The notes under the pieces were generated by a model. That model saw only the letters and a program-made list of their open reading frames with translations. It was not told the DNA's origin and did not search any database. 64,000 nucleotides of DNA from an uncultured Clostridia bacterium (GTDB lineage Bacteria; Bacillota; Clostridia; TANB77; CAG-508). The stretch is from assembly GCA_947626885.1 (NCBI GenBank), contig CANQTX010000006.1:7025-71024 (forward strand), written 5' to 3'. This document shows, one piece after another, positions 19,675-28,719 of the stretch. The stretch's first letter is position 1, and each line of letters starts with the position of its first letter. A program made the position numbers and the translations under genes.

Positions 19675-22128
19675 CTATGAAGAAATAGGAACTTTTAAAA
19701 CTACTTTTTCCTCTTCAACTGTTAATACTATATGATCTCCTTTTTTAATTGCCCCCTCTAAAATTTTTTCAGCAATGACATCCTCTACCAAGTTTTGTAT
19801 TGCTCTTCTTAATGGTCTTGCACCATAAGATACATCCGTTCCCTTGTTTTGAATAAGCTCCTCTACACTATCCTCTATTACAATATCTAATTCATATGCT
19901 TTTAACCTTTTCTTTACTTTTTCTAGCATTAATGCGATAATATTTTTTATTTCTCGATGCGTCAATTTATGAAAAACTATCATCTCATCAATTCTATTTA
20001 AAAATTCTGGTTTAAAATCTCGTTTGACCTCTACCATAACCGATTTCTTTATCGTCTCATATGCTTTTTCTACACTTTCATTAGCTTCTGAAAATCCTAA
20101 CGTTTTCTTATCTGTAATCATTCTAGCTCCTACATTAGATGTCATAATAATTACAGAATTTTTAAAGCTTACAACTCTTCCTTGATTATCTGTTAATCTA
20201 CCATCTTCTAATATTTGTAAAAGTATATTCATTACATCCGGATGTGCCTTTTCAATTTCATCAAATAATAAAACAGCGTATGGCTTTCTTCTTATTTTTT
20301 CTGTTAATCCTGATGGCTCATCATAACCTACATAACCCGGAGGAGATCCTATCATTTTAGAAACAGAATGACTTTCCATATATTCAGACATATCTACTCT
20401 TATTAAAGCATTTTCATCTCCAAAAAGACTTTCAGCTAAAGCTTTACTAAGTTCTGTTTTTCCCACACCTGTTGGTCCTAAAAATAAAAAGGAACCTATT
20501 GGTCTATTGGGATCTTTTAATCCTACTCTACTTCTTCTAATGGCCTTTGATACTGCTGTAACAGCTTCATCTTGACCAACCACTCTTTTATGCAAGTTAT
20601 TTTCTAGATTTTTTAATTTTTCATTTTCACTTTCTGTAATTTTATATACTGGAATTCCTGTCCATTTAGCAATTACAATAGCTATATCTTCTTTCTCAAT
20701 TTGAATAACTTTTTTATTGGTTCTATTATGCCATTTATCATTTTCTTCATCTAATGATTCTAGCAATTCTTTTTCCCTATCACGAAGCTTGGCAGCTCTT
20801 TCAAAATTTTGTGTGTTTATGGCTTCTTCCTTTTCTTTAATAACTTTATCTAAGTCTTTTTCCATTGTTTTTAAATACTCTGGTTCTACAAATGATGTTA
20901 GCTTTACTTTTGCTGCTGCCTCATCAATTAAATCTATTGCCTTATCTGGCAAAAATCTATCATTGATATAACGCATAGAAAGTTGCGTTGCAGCTTTTAA
21001 AGCTTCATCTGTAATTTTTACATTATGATGTGCTTCATATTTATCTCTTAGTCCTTTTAAAATAGCTAATGTTTCTTCTTCACTTGGTTCTTCTACATTT
21101 ACTGGCTGAAATCGTCTTTCTAAAGCAGAATCTTTCTCAATATATTTTCTATATTCTTTTAAAGTGGTTGCCCCGACTAACTGAATTTCTCCTCTTGCTA
21201 AAAGTGGTTTTAGAATATTAGCTGCATCAATGGCTCCTTCTGCTGCTCCCGCTCCCACTATCGTGTGTATTTCATCTATAAATAAAATAATATCTTGTGC
21301 CTTTTTTACTTCATTTAAGCACTTTTTTATGCGCTCTTCAAAATCTCCTCTATATTTTGCTCCTGCTACCATAGAAGTAATGTCTAAAGTTACAACACGT
21401 TTATTTTTTAAATTTTCTGGTATATTGCCATTTATGATTCGTTGGGCCAATCCCTCTATAACTGCTGTTTTCCCTACACCTGGTTCTCCTATTAAACAAG
21501 GATTATTTTTTGTTCTCCTTGATAATATTTCAATAACTCTATCCGTTTCATCATTTCTTCCAATTACGGGATCTAATTTTCCTTCTCGTGCCTGTTTTGT
21601 TAAATCTGTACCAAATTGATTTAATGTTTGTGTTGTATTATAGCTACCTAAAGTTTGATTTATATTACTTGTGTTCGCATTAACTTCACTTTCAAATTCA
21701 TTTAATGTTTTGGCAATATCACTATATAATTCTTCTGGGTTTACTTCTAGTTCTACTAAAATTCGAATAGCAATACTATCTCCTTCTTTCATAATGCCAA
21801 TTAATATATGCTCTGTTCCAATATAATTAGATCCTAGTTTTTTTGCCTCTAAATAAGCATTTTCAATAATTTTTTTGGTTCTCGGTGTAAAACCTAAAAT
21901 ATTGTTTTTGGCATCTAAATTACTTCCTATTAAATCTTCAATTTTTTCTAATATATCTTCTGACGTAATATTTTGATTTTCTAATACTTTACTTGCAACA
22001 CCATTTTCCTCTTCTGCTAATCCATATAAAATATGTTCTGTTCCTATATAAGCATGACCTAATTCCAAAGCAATTTCATTAGCAATTTCTAATACTTTCT
22101 CTCCACTTTTTGTGAATTTGTATATCAT
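19675..22128 (-). CDS. clpC: ATP-dependent Clp protease ATP-binding subunit ClpC
   Basis: 817 aa with two Clp_N repeats, two AAA+ modules (GEPGVGKT, GPTGVGKT) and a UVR-like linker (FERAAKLRDRE). Confidence 0.9.
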   Translation of the reverse strand: MIYKFTKSGEKVLEIANEIALELGHAYIGTEHILYGLAEEENGVASKVLENQNITSEDILEKIEDLIGSNLDAKNNILGFTPRTKKIIENAYLEAKKLGSNYIGTEHILIGIMKEGDSIAIRILVELEVNPEELYSDIAKTLNEFESEVNANTSNINQTLGSYNTTQTLNQFGTDLTKQAREGKLDPVIGRNDETDRVIEILSRRTKNNPCLIGEPGVGKTAVIEGLAQRIINGNIPENLKNKRVVTLDITSMVAGAKYRGDFEERIKKCLNEVKKAQDIILFIDEIHTIVGAGAAEGAIDAANILKPLLARGEIQLVGATTLKEYRKYIEKDSALERRFQPVNVEEPSEEETLAILKGLRDKYEAHHNVKITDEALKAATQLSMRYINDRFLPDKAIDLIDEAAAKVKLTSFVEPEYLKTMEKDLDKVIKEKEEAINTQNFERAAKLRDREKELLESLDEENDKWHNRTNKKVIQIEKEDIAIVIAKWTGIPVYKITESENEKLKNLENNLHKRVVGQDEAVTAVSKAIRRSRVGLKDPNRPIGSFLFLGPTGVGKTELSKALAESLFGDENALIRVDMSEYMESHSVSKMIGSPPGYVGYDEPSGLTEKIRRKPYAVLLFDEIEKAHPDVMNILLQILEDGRLTDNQGRVVSFKNSVIIMTSNVGARMITDKKTLGFSEANESVEKAYETIKKSVMVEVKRDFKPEFLNRIDEMIVFHKLTHREIKNIIALMLEKVKKRLKAYELDIVIEDSVEELIQNKGTDVSYGARPLRRAIQNLVEDVIAEKILEGAIKKGDHIVLTVEEEKVVLKVPISS

Positions 22129-22284
22129 AAAACGCCTCCTGCTTTTTCTTTTATATTTTTATTGATACTATTTTATAATATACACATTAATTGGAAAAAT
22201 TAAACATAAAATTAAAAAAATGGCTCGTTTTAGCAATTCTTAATGCATTTAAAAATTCGTTTATGAAGAAATTGGGGACATTAC

Positions 22285-23839
22285 TTAATTAGCTGTCTGA
22301 AGTACAACCTGTGTATATTCGGACTTACAATCCTTTCCTTCAATTAAATTTTTTGTAGCTTCATCTTGCACATAAATCGTTGACGATTTCGCTAATCCTT
22401 CAAATGCACCAGACTCTGCCTTTGTAAGTTTACCTTGAATAGTTATTGAACTAAGTCTTGAACATTCAATAAATGCAGCGCTTTCAATGGCATAAACTGC
22501 ACTCGGTATCGTAATACTCTCCAATCCAGAACAGTGTGAAAAAGCATACTCCCCCAAAACTTCCAACTTATCAGGTAATTGAATACTCTTTAATTTTTCA
22601 CAACCTACGAATAGACCATCCGGAATAGTTTTCCATTCGTTTGGTAGAGTTATATTTTCCAGATTTACGCAATACTTAAACGCTCTATGCTCCACTGTTT
22701 TAACTGAGTCAGGTAGATCAATGGTACTCAAGTTAGAACATCTAAAAAATGCGTAGAATCCAATTTTTACCACTGACTCAGGAATACTGATTTCTTTCAG
22801 GTTTGTACAACCTTGAAAAGAATATGCACAAATTTCTTCTACTCCATAAGGTATCGAAAATGTTTCTAAATGAGATGAAGAAGGAAATTTAATCAGTTTT
22901 TTCCTGTCATGACTAAATAGAACACCGATCAATATCAACAAAATTGTGATTGTTACTTCCCACACTGATATACTCCAATCCAGCACATTCATCAAAACAA
23001 TATTTTCCCAAAGATTCTAATGATTCAGGAAGAACCACACGTTTAAGAGTGGAGCACCCCAGAAAACAATAGTCACCTAGTTGAACTAGACCTGACGGCA
23101 AAACTATACTTTCAAGTCTGTAACAATCTTGGAAGCTTCGCTCCCCTATGCTTTTCACCGAGTTTGGTAAAGCAATTGTCTTAAGTTTCCCAAAATCGTA
23201 AAAAGCACTCGCCTCGATTTTCTCAAGGTGAGTAGGAAGAATCACTGTATCTATATCATTTTTTAACCAATCTATCGGACTACTGCTCCCAATTTTAATT
23301 GACCTAACCACATGACCATTTATTTTATCAGGTATGATTAGATATTTTGTAATTTCTCCAAGAAAAAATCCTCCTGCCTCCTTTTCATAATATACACCAA
23401 TATTCTTATCTTCTACAAAGCCTTTAATTTCGCCAGTCGAAATGTCAAAATTAAAATAATTTTCTGGCGCGCATGTTACTATTTCTGTTTCCGTAACATT
23501 TCCACTATTATCATAGTGATATAATTTCACATTTTTACCATCTGCATCATATTCTGCAGCTAAATAACCATTCTCTGTTGCTGTTACAGATAACCCTTTT
23601 TGTTGTAGTGCTCTTGCATAAGCATCTCCACCTTCATAATTTGCCATAAAGTTATCCATTTGCCATTGTTCATTTGCTTCTGCTTCTTTATATTTTGTTA
23701 CTGCATCTTGTGCTCTTGTGATAATTCCATTGTCTCCTAATACTAAACTTAAACTCACCCCTGCTAAAATTAGTAAAACAATAATCGTTACTACTAATGC
23801 TACCAATGTGATACCTTTTTCATTTGCATTGTTTTTCAT
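22285..23839 (-). pseudogene. surface protein with a prepilin-type N-terminal signal and BspA-type leucine-rich repeats, interrupted by a 1-nt frameshift near 22927
   Basis: Track ORFs 22913..23899 and 22285..22995 overlap in different frames. Frame A ends NFVDIDRCSI*, while frame B reads LILIGVLFSHDRKKLIKFP. Removing one base in GAT-C-GGT restores NFVDIDGVLFSHDRKKLIKFP, the canonical dGvLfskDkkkLi.yP unit of this repeat family. The likely start is the ATG at 23839 (AGGAGG RBS), giving MKNNANEKG/ITLVALVVTIIVLLILAGVS. Confidence 0.65.
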
Positions 23840-23865
23840 CTTTTTCCTCCTATTTTTTATCGACT

Positions 23866-23896
23866 TTTTTCGTAAAGTATAAAACTTTACGAAAAA
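23866..23896. repeat. 31-nt hairpin repeat, copy 1 (13-bp perfect arms, loop ATAAA on the plus strand)
   Basis: TTTTTCGTAAAGT-ATAAA-ACTTTACGAAAAA. The reverse complement of its 25-nt core (23869-23893) matches 24023-24047 at 24 of 25 positions. Confidence 0.8.
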
Positions 23897-23981
23897 CAAA
23901 AAAGATAAAAAAGCTTAATTTATTAACTTTTTTATCTTTTTCGTTTAAAAAATTTTTCATCAAATTTTTATTCTAAAATCC

Positions 23982-24010
23982 TTGACTATTATAAGAATTA
24001 TAGATATCAT
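23982..24010 (+). promoter_or_regulatory. sigma-A-like promoter pointing away from the LRR gene
   Basis: TTGACT (23982-23987), a 17-nt spacer, then TATCAT (24005-24010). There is no plus-strand gene downstream. It runs straight into repeat copy 2 followed by a T-tract. Confidence 0.5.
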
Positions 24011-24019
24011 AAATGTAGT

Positions 24020-24050
24020 AAATTCGTAAAGTTTTATACTTTATGAAATT
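24020..24050. repeat. 31-nt hairpin repeat, copy 2 (loop TTTAT on the plus strand, opposite orientation to copy 1)
   Basis: AAATTCGTAAAGT-TTTAT-ACTTTATGAAATT, followed by TTTTTTATTTT. It lies 2 nt after the histidine kinase stop codon. Confidence 0.8.
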
Positions 24051-24052
24051 TT

Positions 24053-25393
24053 TTATTTTGGCAAACGAATGGTAAAAATTGTTCCTTTGGGTGTATTATG
24101 ACTTGCTTTAATCGTTCCTCCATGGGCACTAACAATAAAACTTGCTATCGAAAGTCCTAAACCACTACCACCTGTTTCTCTATTTCTTGCTTCATCTTCT
24201 CTATAAAATCTTTCAAAAATACGTTTTAATCCTTCATTACTTATACCAATCCCGGTATCCTTTATTTCTATCACACATTTATTGTCCTTCATCCATGTGT
24301 TAATTTCTATACTATCTCCCTCTTCCGTATATTTAATAGCATTATCTAACAAAATAATCATCAATTGATATATTCTATTGGTATCAATTTGAATATCTCC
24401 TTTACACGCTAAATTTTGTATCATCTTCTTGTTCTGCAATTCTGCTATTTCTATATATGGCTTTACCAGTTCTTCTATAAAATTATCTATATTAACAATT
24501 TCTTTTTGTAGTTTCATTGTTTTGCTATCTGCCCTTGTTAACAGCATTAAATCTTTTGTTAATTTTGTTAGACGTTTTGTTTCATTTAAAGTAAGCATAA
24601 TTTCTTCTGATTTATCGATAATTTTTGCATTAGGTTCTTGCAATAACAATTCTTGTTTTGCTTGAATAATAGTCAATGGCGTTCTTATTTCATGCGATAC
24701 ATTTTGCACAAATTCCATTTGCTTTTCCATGTTTTCTTGTAAAGGCTTTAAGGTGTGCTTAGATAAAATAAAGCTTGCTATAATAGATAATACAATACCT
24801 ATTATCACTGCATAAGCAATAATACTCTCATAATTTTCAATCAGTTTTTTCTCACTATCAACATTAATTAATAGTTGTACAAACCTATCAGTACTATCAC
24901 CATCATAATCCAATTTGAAATTAATTCCCCTATAATGATAAGTTTCTCCAATTTCTAAATGATAAATCTTACGAAATGTTTTTTCTTCTCTATTAAAGTT
25001 TTTGTTAAAATCTGCTATATAATCTTCTAGTTTTCCTAATTCATCTTGATTTACTATATTTTGATTTTCATCTCTTAAAATCATCACAATTTTTGGATTT
25101 TTTATTTGCCTTGTTAAAACAAAATCTTGATATCCTCTTATTCCTTGAGTCAAAATATTATCACTATTCCTTTGATTTTCCGTTGGAAATGAAAAGAAAA
25201 AAGTCGTCTTTAAATCTAGTTGCTCTAAAAGTTGCATATTTTCTTTTAATTCTGTATCAACAGAACGATACGTGATATGTCTCACCATAAAAAATACAAA
25301 AATGCCAAATACAAAAAATATTATTGCAAAAACAACAATATGATAAATAGCATGCAATATTAACTTTCTATTAAACATTTCTTTTTCTTCCAT
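24053..25393 (-). CDS. sensor histidine kinase (two TM helices, ~150-aa extracytoplasmic loop)
   Basis: H-box VSHEIRTPLT, N/G boxes (LLDNAIKYT, DTGIGI, GGSGLGLSI); 446 aa. Confidence 0.85.
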   Translation of the reverse strand: MEEKEMFNRKLILHAIYHIVVFAIIFFVFGIFVFFMVRHITYRSVDTELKENMQLLEQLDLKTTFFFSFPTENQRNSDNILTQGIRGYQDFVLTRQIKNPKIVMILRDENQNIVNQDELGKLEDYIADFNKNFNREEKTFRKIYHLEIGETYHYRGINFKLDYDGDSTDRFVQLLINVDSEKKLIENYESIIAYAVIIGIVLSIIASFILSKHTLKPLQENMEKQMEFVQNVSHEIRTPLTIIQAKQELLLQEPNAKIIDKSEEIMLTLNETKRLTKLTKDLMLLTRADSKTMKLQKEIVNIDNFIEELVKPYIEIAELQNKKMIQNLACKGDIQIDTNRIYQLMIILLDNAIKYTEEGDSIEINTWMKDNKCVIEIKDTGIGISNEGLKRIFERFYREDEARNRETGGSGLGLSIASFIVSAHGGTIKASHNTPKGTIFTIRLPK

Positions 25394-25537
25394 TTTCCAC
25401 CTTACTTTGTTACATTTTATCCTTTTGTACTTAACATGATTATACGATAATTGGCTTAAATTTATCTTAAGAATTCATTTACTATGTGGTTTTCTTATTC
25501 TTACTTCCTTATAAGAATATAGTAGGATAACCGGTGT

Positions 25538-26203
25538 TTATCCCCAGATATATCCTACTCCCCTAATCGTTTTAAGATAATGATCATATCCCACTTTTTT
25601 TAGTTCTTTTCTTAGTCCACTCGCATAAACCTCGACAACATTCGTCGTGGTTTCACTATCGAACCCCCAAATCTTATCAAATATTTGATCCTTTGTAATA
25701 ATAGTATTCTTTGAATTAATTAAATACTCTAACATATCAAATTGCTTCCCTTGTAATAGAATTTCTATTCCATTGGCTGTAGCTTTTCTACTATTTAAAT
25801 CTAATACCAGTCCCTTAAATTCTATTATTTTTTCTCCATAATTTCCTGAAGCTCTTCTAATAAGTGCGCCTATTCTTGCTAATAATTCTTCTCGATTAAA
25901 TGGCTTTGTCAAATAATCATCTGCTCCCATTTTAAATCCTTTTAATTTATCTTCTAAGCCATCTTTAGCTGTTAGAATTAATACCGGTGTAAATATTTTT
26001 TCATTTCTTAATGTCGATAAAACCTCATACCCATTCATAATAGGTATCATTAAATCTAATATAATAGCATCATAAATTTCCTGCTTAGCATATAAAATAC
26101 CTTCTTCTCCATCATAAGCTTTATCGACGTCATATTCATTTTTAATACACTGTTCTATCGTTCTGGCTAAAATTTTATCATCTTCTATTATTAAAATTTT
26201 CAT
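25538..26203 (-). CDS. OmpR/PhoB-family response regulator
   Basis: Receiver domain (MKILIIEDD...DLMIP...K) and a winged-helix C-terminus (LRKELKK...YLKTIRGVGY). Confidence 0.9.
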   Translation of the reverse strand: MKILIIEDDKILARTIEQCIKNEYDVDKAYDGEEGILYAKQEIYDAIILDLMIPIMNGYEVLSTLRNEKIFTPVLILTAKDGLEDKLKGFKMGADDYLTKPFNREELLARIGALIRRASGNYGEKIIEFKGLVLDLNSRKATANGIEILLQGKQFDMLEYLINSKNTIITKDQIFDKIWGFDSETTTNVVEVYASGLRKELKKVGYDHYLKTIRGVGYIWG

Positions 26204-26206
26204 GTT

Positions 26207-26743
26207 TTATCCTCTACTAGCTTTATTATATTCTCTTAATAAACCTTTGTAAATTAATGTTGTATTTTTTAAATTTTTAAAGTTTTCTGGTCTAATAATC
26301 TTAGGTAATTTTTCTGTATCAACATTTCCCTTTTCCAAAGCATATTTTACAAATTGCGCACAATAAAAACAATTTCCTTTCGTTCTTTCTATATTGATAC
26401 CCGCTAAAAACATACCTAAAATATTAAATTTATACTGTTTCCTATTTTCTTTAACATACTGAATCGTTTTATAAATTTTTCCATATTGTTTTTCTGTAAT
26501 TTGCAATTCATAAATACTTACTTGTGTATTTTGGAAACGTTTAAAAGTACCAAATGTTACTCCTTCTCTTACAAAACCACCAATAAAAGCTATATGTGGA
26601 TAAATTCTTCCAAAGGAGTACATTTGATTTAAATGAATATCCAATGCTATAGAAACATGTGTATACTCCGCTCCCGTTTTGAATCGAATTAATCTGGATA
26701 ATAAAGTGCCTGTATGTGCTAAAATGATATAAATATTTTTCAT
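26207..26743 (-). CDS. permuted papain-like (NlpC/P60 superfamily, YiiX/COG3863-like) protein
   Basis: 178 aa. His precedes Cys (EYTHVSIAL ... CFYCAQFV), as in permuted C92/YiiX-type enzymes. Its stop is 3 nt from the response regulator start. Confidence 0.45.
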   Translation of the reverse strand: MKNIYIILAHTGTLLSRLIRFKTGAEYTHVSIALDIHLNQMYSFGRIYPHIAFIGGFVREGVTFGTFKRFQNTQVSIYELQITEKQYGKIYKTIQYVKENRKQYKFNILGMFLAGINIERTKGNCFYCAQFVKYALEKGNVDTEKLPKIIRPENFKNLKNTTLIYKGLLREYNKASRG

Positions 26744-26859
26744 AAACTTTTCCCACTTAAAATATTTCTATTTGTAATACATATTATTATAACCGAAAAT
26801 TTTACATATGGCAACGATCTTTATAAAATGTTCATTTTTACATTTCATTCATTGTCTGT

Positions 26860-28719
26860 TTATGCAATATCCTCTTCTTCAAATTGACTATTGTATAATT
26901 TTTCATAAAAACCGCCCTTTGCTAATAATTCTTCATGATTTCCTTGTTCAATAATATCTCCTTCATTCATCACTAATATTAAATCTGCATCTCTAATGGT
27001 AGATAATCTATGGGCTATAATAAAACATGTTCTACCTTGCATTAAGGTTTTCATAGCTTTTTGAATTTGCATTTCTGTTCTTGTATCAACAGAAGATGTT
27101 GCCTCATCTAATATGAGCAATTTTGGATCTGCTAAAAATGCTCTTGCAATAGTCAATAGCTGTTTTTGTCCCTGTGAAATATTCGTTGAATCTTCATTTA
27201 ATAAAGTTTGATAACCTTCTGAAAATGTTCTAACAAAATGATCAACTTGTGCTTTTTTGGCTGCTTCTATTACTGCTTCATCTGTTGCCTCTAAATTTCC
27301 ATAACGAATATTTTCCATAATACTTCCACTAAATGCCCATGTATCTTGTAATACCATAGCAAATAAACTTCTTAAATCATCTCTTTTAAAATCTTTTATA
27401 TTAATACCATCAATTTCTATAGCTCCATCTGTTACATCATAATAACGCATCAGTAATTTTACAATAGTTGTTTTACCAGCACCTGTTGGACCAACAATTG
27501 CAATTTTTTTACCAGCTTTTATTTCTGCTGAAAAATTTCTTATAGTAGGTTGATTATTATCATCATATTGAAATTTAACATGTTTAAAGGTAACTTCTCC
27601 TTTTATATTTTCAATACTGGTAGCATCTGTTTTATCTGCTATTTCTTCTGGTTCTTCTAAAAAAGCAAATACTCTTTCACATGCTGCTAACATAGCTTGT
27701 AACATGTTACTAACATTCGCTAGTTGCGTAATCGGTTGTGTAAATCTTCTCATATATTGTATAAAACTTTGAATGTTTCCTACTGTTATAACACCTTGGT
27801 TAGCATAAAATCCACCTAATATACATATAGCAACATATCCTAAATTTCCTACTAAATTCATAGCTGGCTGCATCATACCTGAGAAAAATTGAGATTTCCA
27901 TGCTGCATGATATAAAGTTTCATTATAGGTATGAAATTCTTGAATAGATTTCTCTTCTCCATTAAACACTTTTATTAAATCATGATTAGAATACATTTCT
28001 TCTATGTGTCCATTCACATGACCTAAATTTTCTTGTTGTGCCACAAAAAACTTTTGGGAATTTTTTACAATAACTATAACAAATATCATAGAAACAGGTA
28101 ATACTAATACTGCTACTAACGCCATTTGCCATGAAATAGATACCATCATAATAAAAATACCAATCACTGTAGTTAAAGAAGTAATAAACTGCGTAATACT
28201 TTGATTAAGATTTTGCGCAATTGTATCAACATCATTTGTAATATATGATAAAACTTCTCCATGGTTTTTCTTATCGAAATAACGTAATGGCAATTTATTA
28301 ATTTTCTCACTAATACCTTTTCTTAATGAATATGTAAATTTTTGTCCTACACCAACCATTAAATACGATTGTAAATAACCAAATGCAGCACTTGCTATAT
28401 ATAAGACAAATAGCAAAATAGCAATGTTTCTAATAGCCTCAAAATCGATACCACCTGTACCAGTTAATTGGCGCATAACACCCTCATAAATTTCTGTTGT
28501 TACATTTCCTAAGATTTTAGGACCTACAATATTAAAAATAGTAGAAGCAATGGCACAAAAAAGAACAATTGCTATGATAAATTTAAAATTTCCTAAATAA
28601 TGGAATAATTTTTTTAACGTTCCTCGAAAATCTTTTGCTTTTTCTACTGGTCTTCCTGCTGCACCTCTTCTCATACCGCGTCCCATAGGTGGTCTTACTT
28701 CTTTTCTATTTTCTTCCAT
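26860..28719 (-). CDS. ABC exporter, fused permease/ATPase (type I exporter half-transporter)
   Basis: 619 aa with six TM helices, Walker A GPTGAGKTT, signature ISQGQKQ and Walker B LILDEATSS. Confidence 0.85.
   Translation of the reverse strand: MEENRKEVRPPMGRGMRRGAAGRPVEKAKDFRGTLKKLFHYLGNFKFIIAIVLFCAIASTIFNIVGPKILGNVTTEIYEGVMRQLTGTGGIDFEAIRNIAILLFVLYIASAAFGYLQSYLMVGVGQKFTYSLRKGISEKINKLPLRYFDKKNHGEVLSYITNDVDTIAQNLNQSITQFITSLTTVIGIFIMMVSISWQMALVAVLVLPVSMIFVIVIVKNSQKFFVAQQENLGHVNGHIEEMYSNHDLIKVFNGEEKSIQEFHTYNETLYHAAWKSQFFSGMMQPAMNLVGNLGYVAICILGGFYANQGVITVGNIQSFIQYMRRFTQPITQLANVSNMLQAMLAACERVFAFLEEPEEIADKTDATSIENIKGEVTFKHVKFQYDDNNQPTIRNFSAEIKAGKKIAIVGPTGAGKTTIVKLLMRYYDVTDGAIEIDGINIKDFKRDDLRSLFAMVLQDTWAFSGSIMENIRYGNLEATDEAVIEAAKKAQVDHFVRTFSEGYQTLLNEDSTNISQGQKQLLTIARAFLADPKLLILDEATSSVDTRTEMQIQKAMKTLMQGRTCFIIAHRLSTIRDADLILVMNEGDIIEQGNHEELLAKGGFYEKLYNSQFEEEDIA

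Noticed and set aside
20717-21619. Plus-strand ORFs 20717..20971 and 21230..21619
   Set aside because: They are antisense within clpC, with no translation signals and typical shadow-ORF composition.
22129-22284. CtsR operator (GGTCAAA direct repeat) upstream of clpC
   Set aside because: No GGTCAAA-like heptad repeat is present, and no ctsR/mcsA/mcsB genes precede clpC here. Regulation is therefore left unassigned.
23899-23941. 15-bp A/T-only hairpin (AAAAAGATAAAAAAG / CTTTTTTATCTTTTT) inside the putative invertible segment, considered as an independent regulatory element
   Set aside because: It is almost pure A/T and so of low stability, and it is common by chance in DNA this AT-rich. It is mentioned only as part of the bracketed segment.
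25394-25537. 144-nt gap between the response-regulator and kinase genes as an attenuator or internal promoter
   Set aside because: It contains two short AT-rich hairpins and a TATAAT without a convincing -35, and no U-tract terminator. It is not distinctive enough to report as a feature.
26541-26756. 71-aa ORF overlapping the YiiX-like gene in another frame
   Set aside because: It lies on the same strand in an alternative frame of a longer, better-supported ORF, and has no independent RBS.
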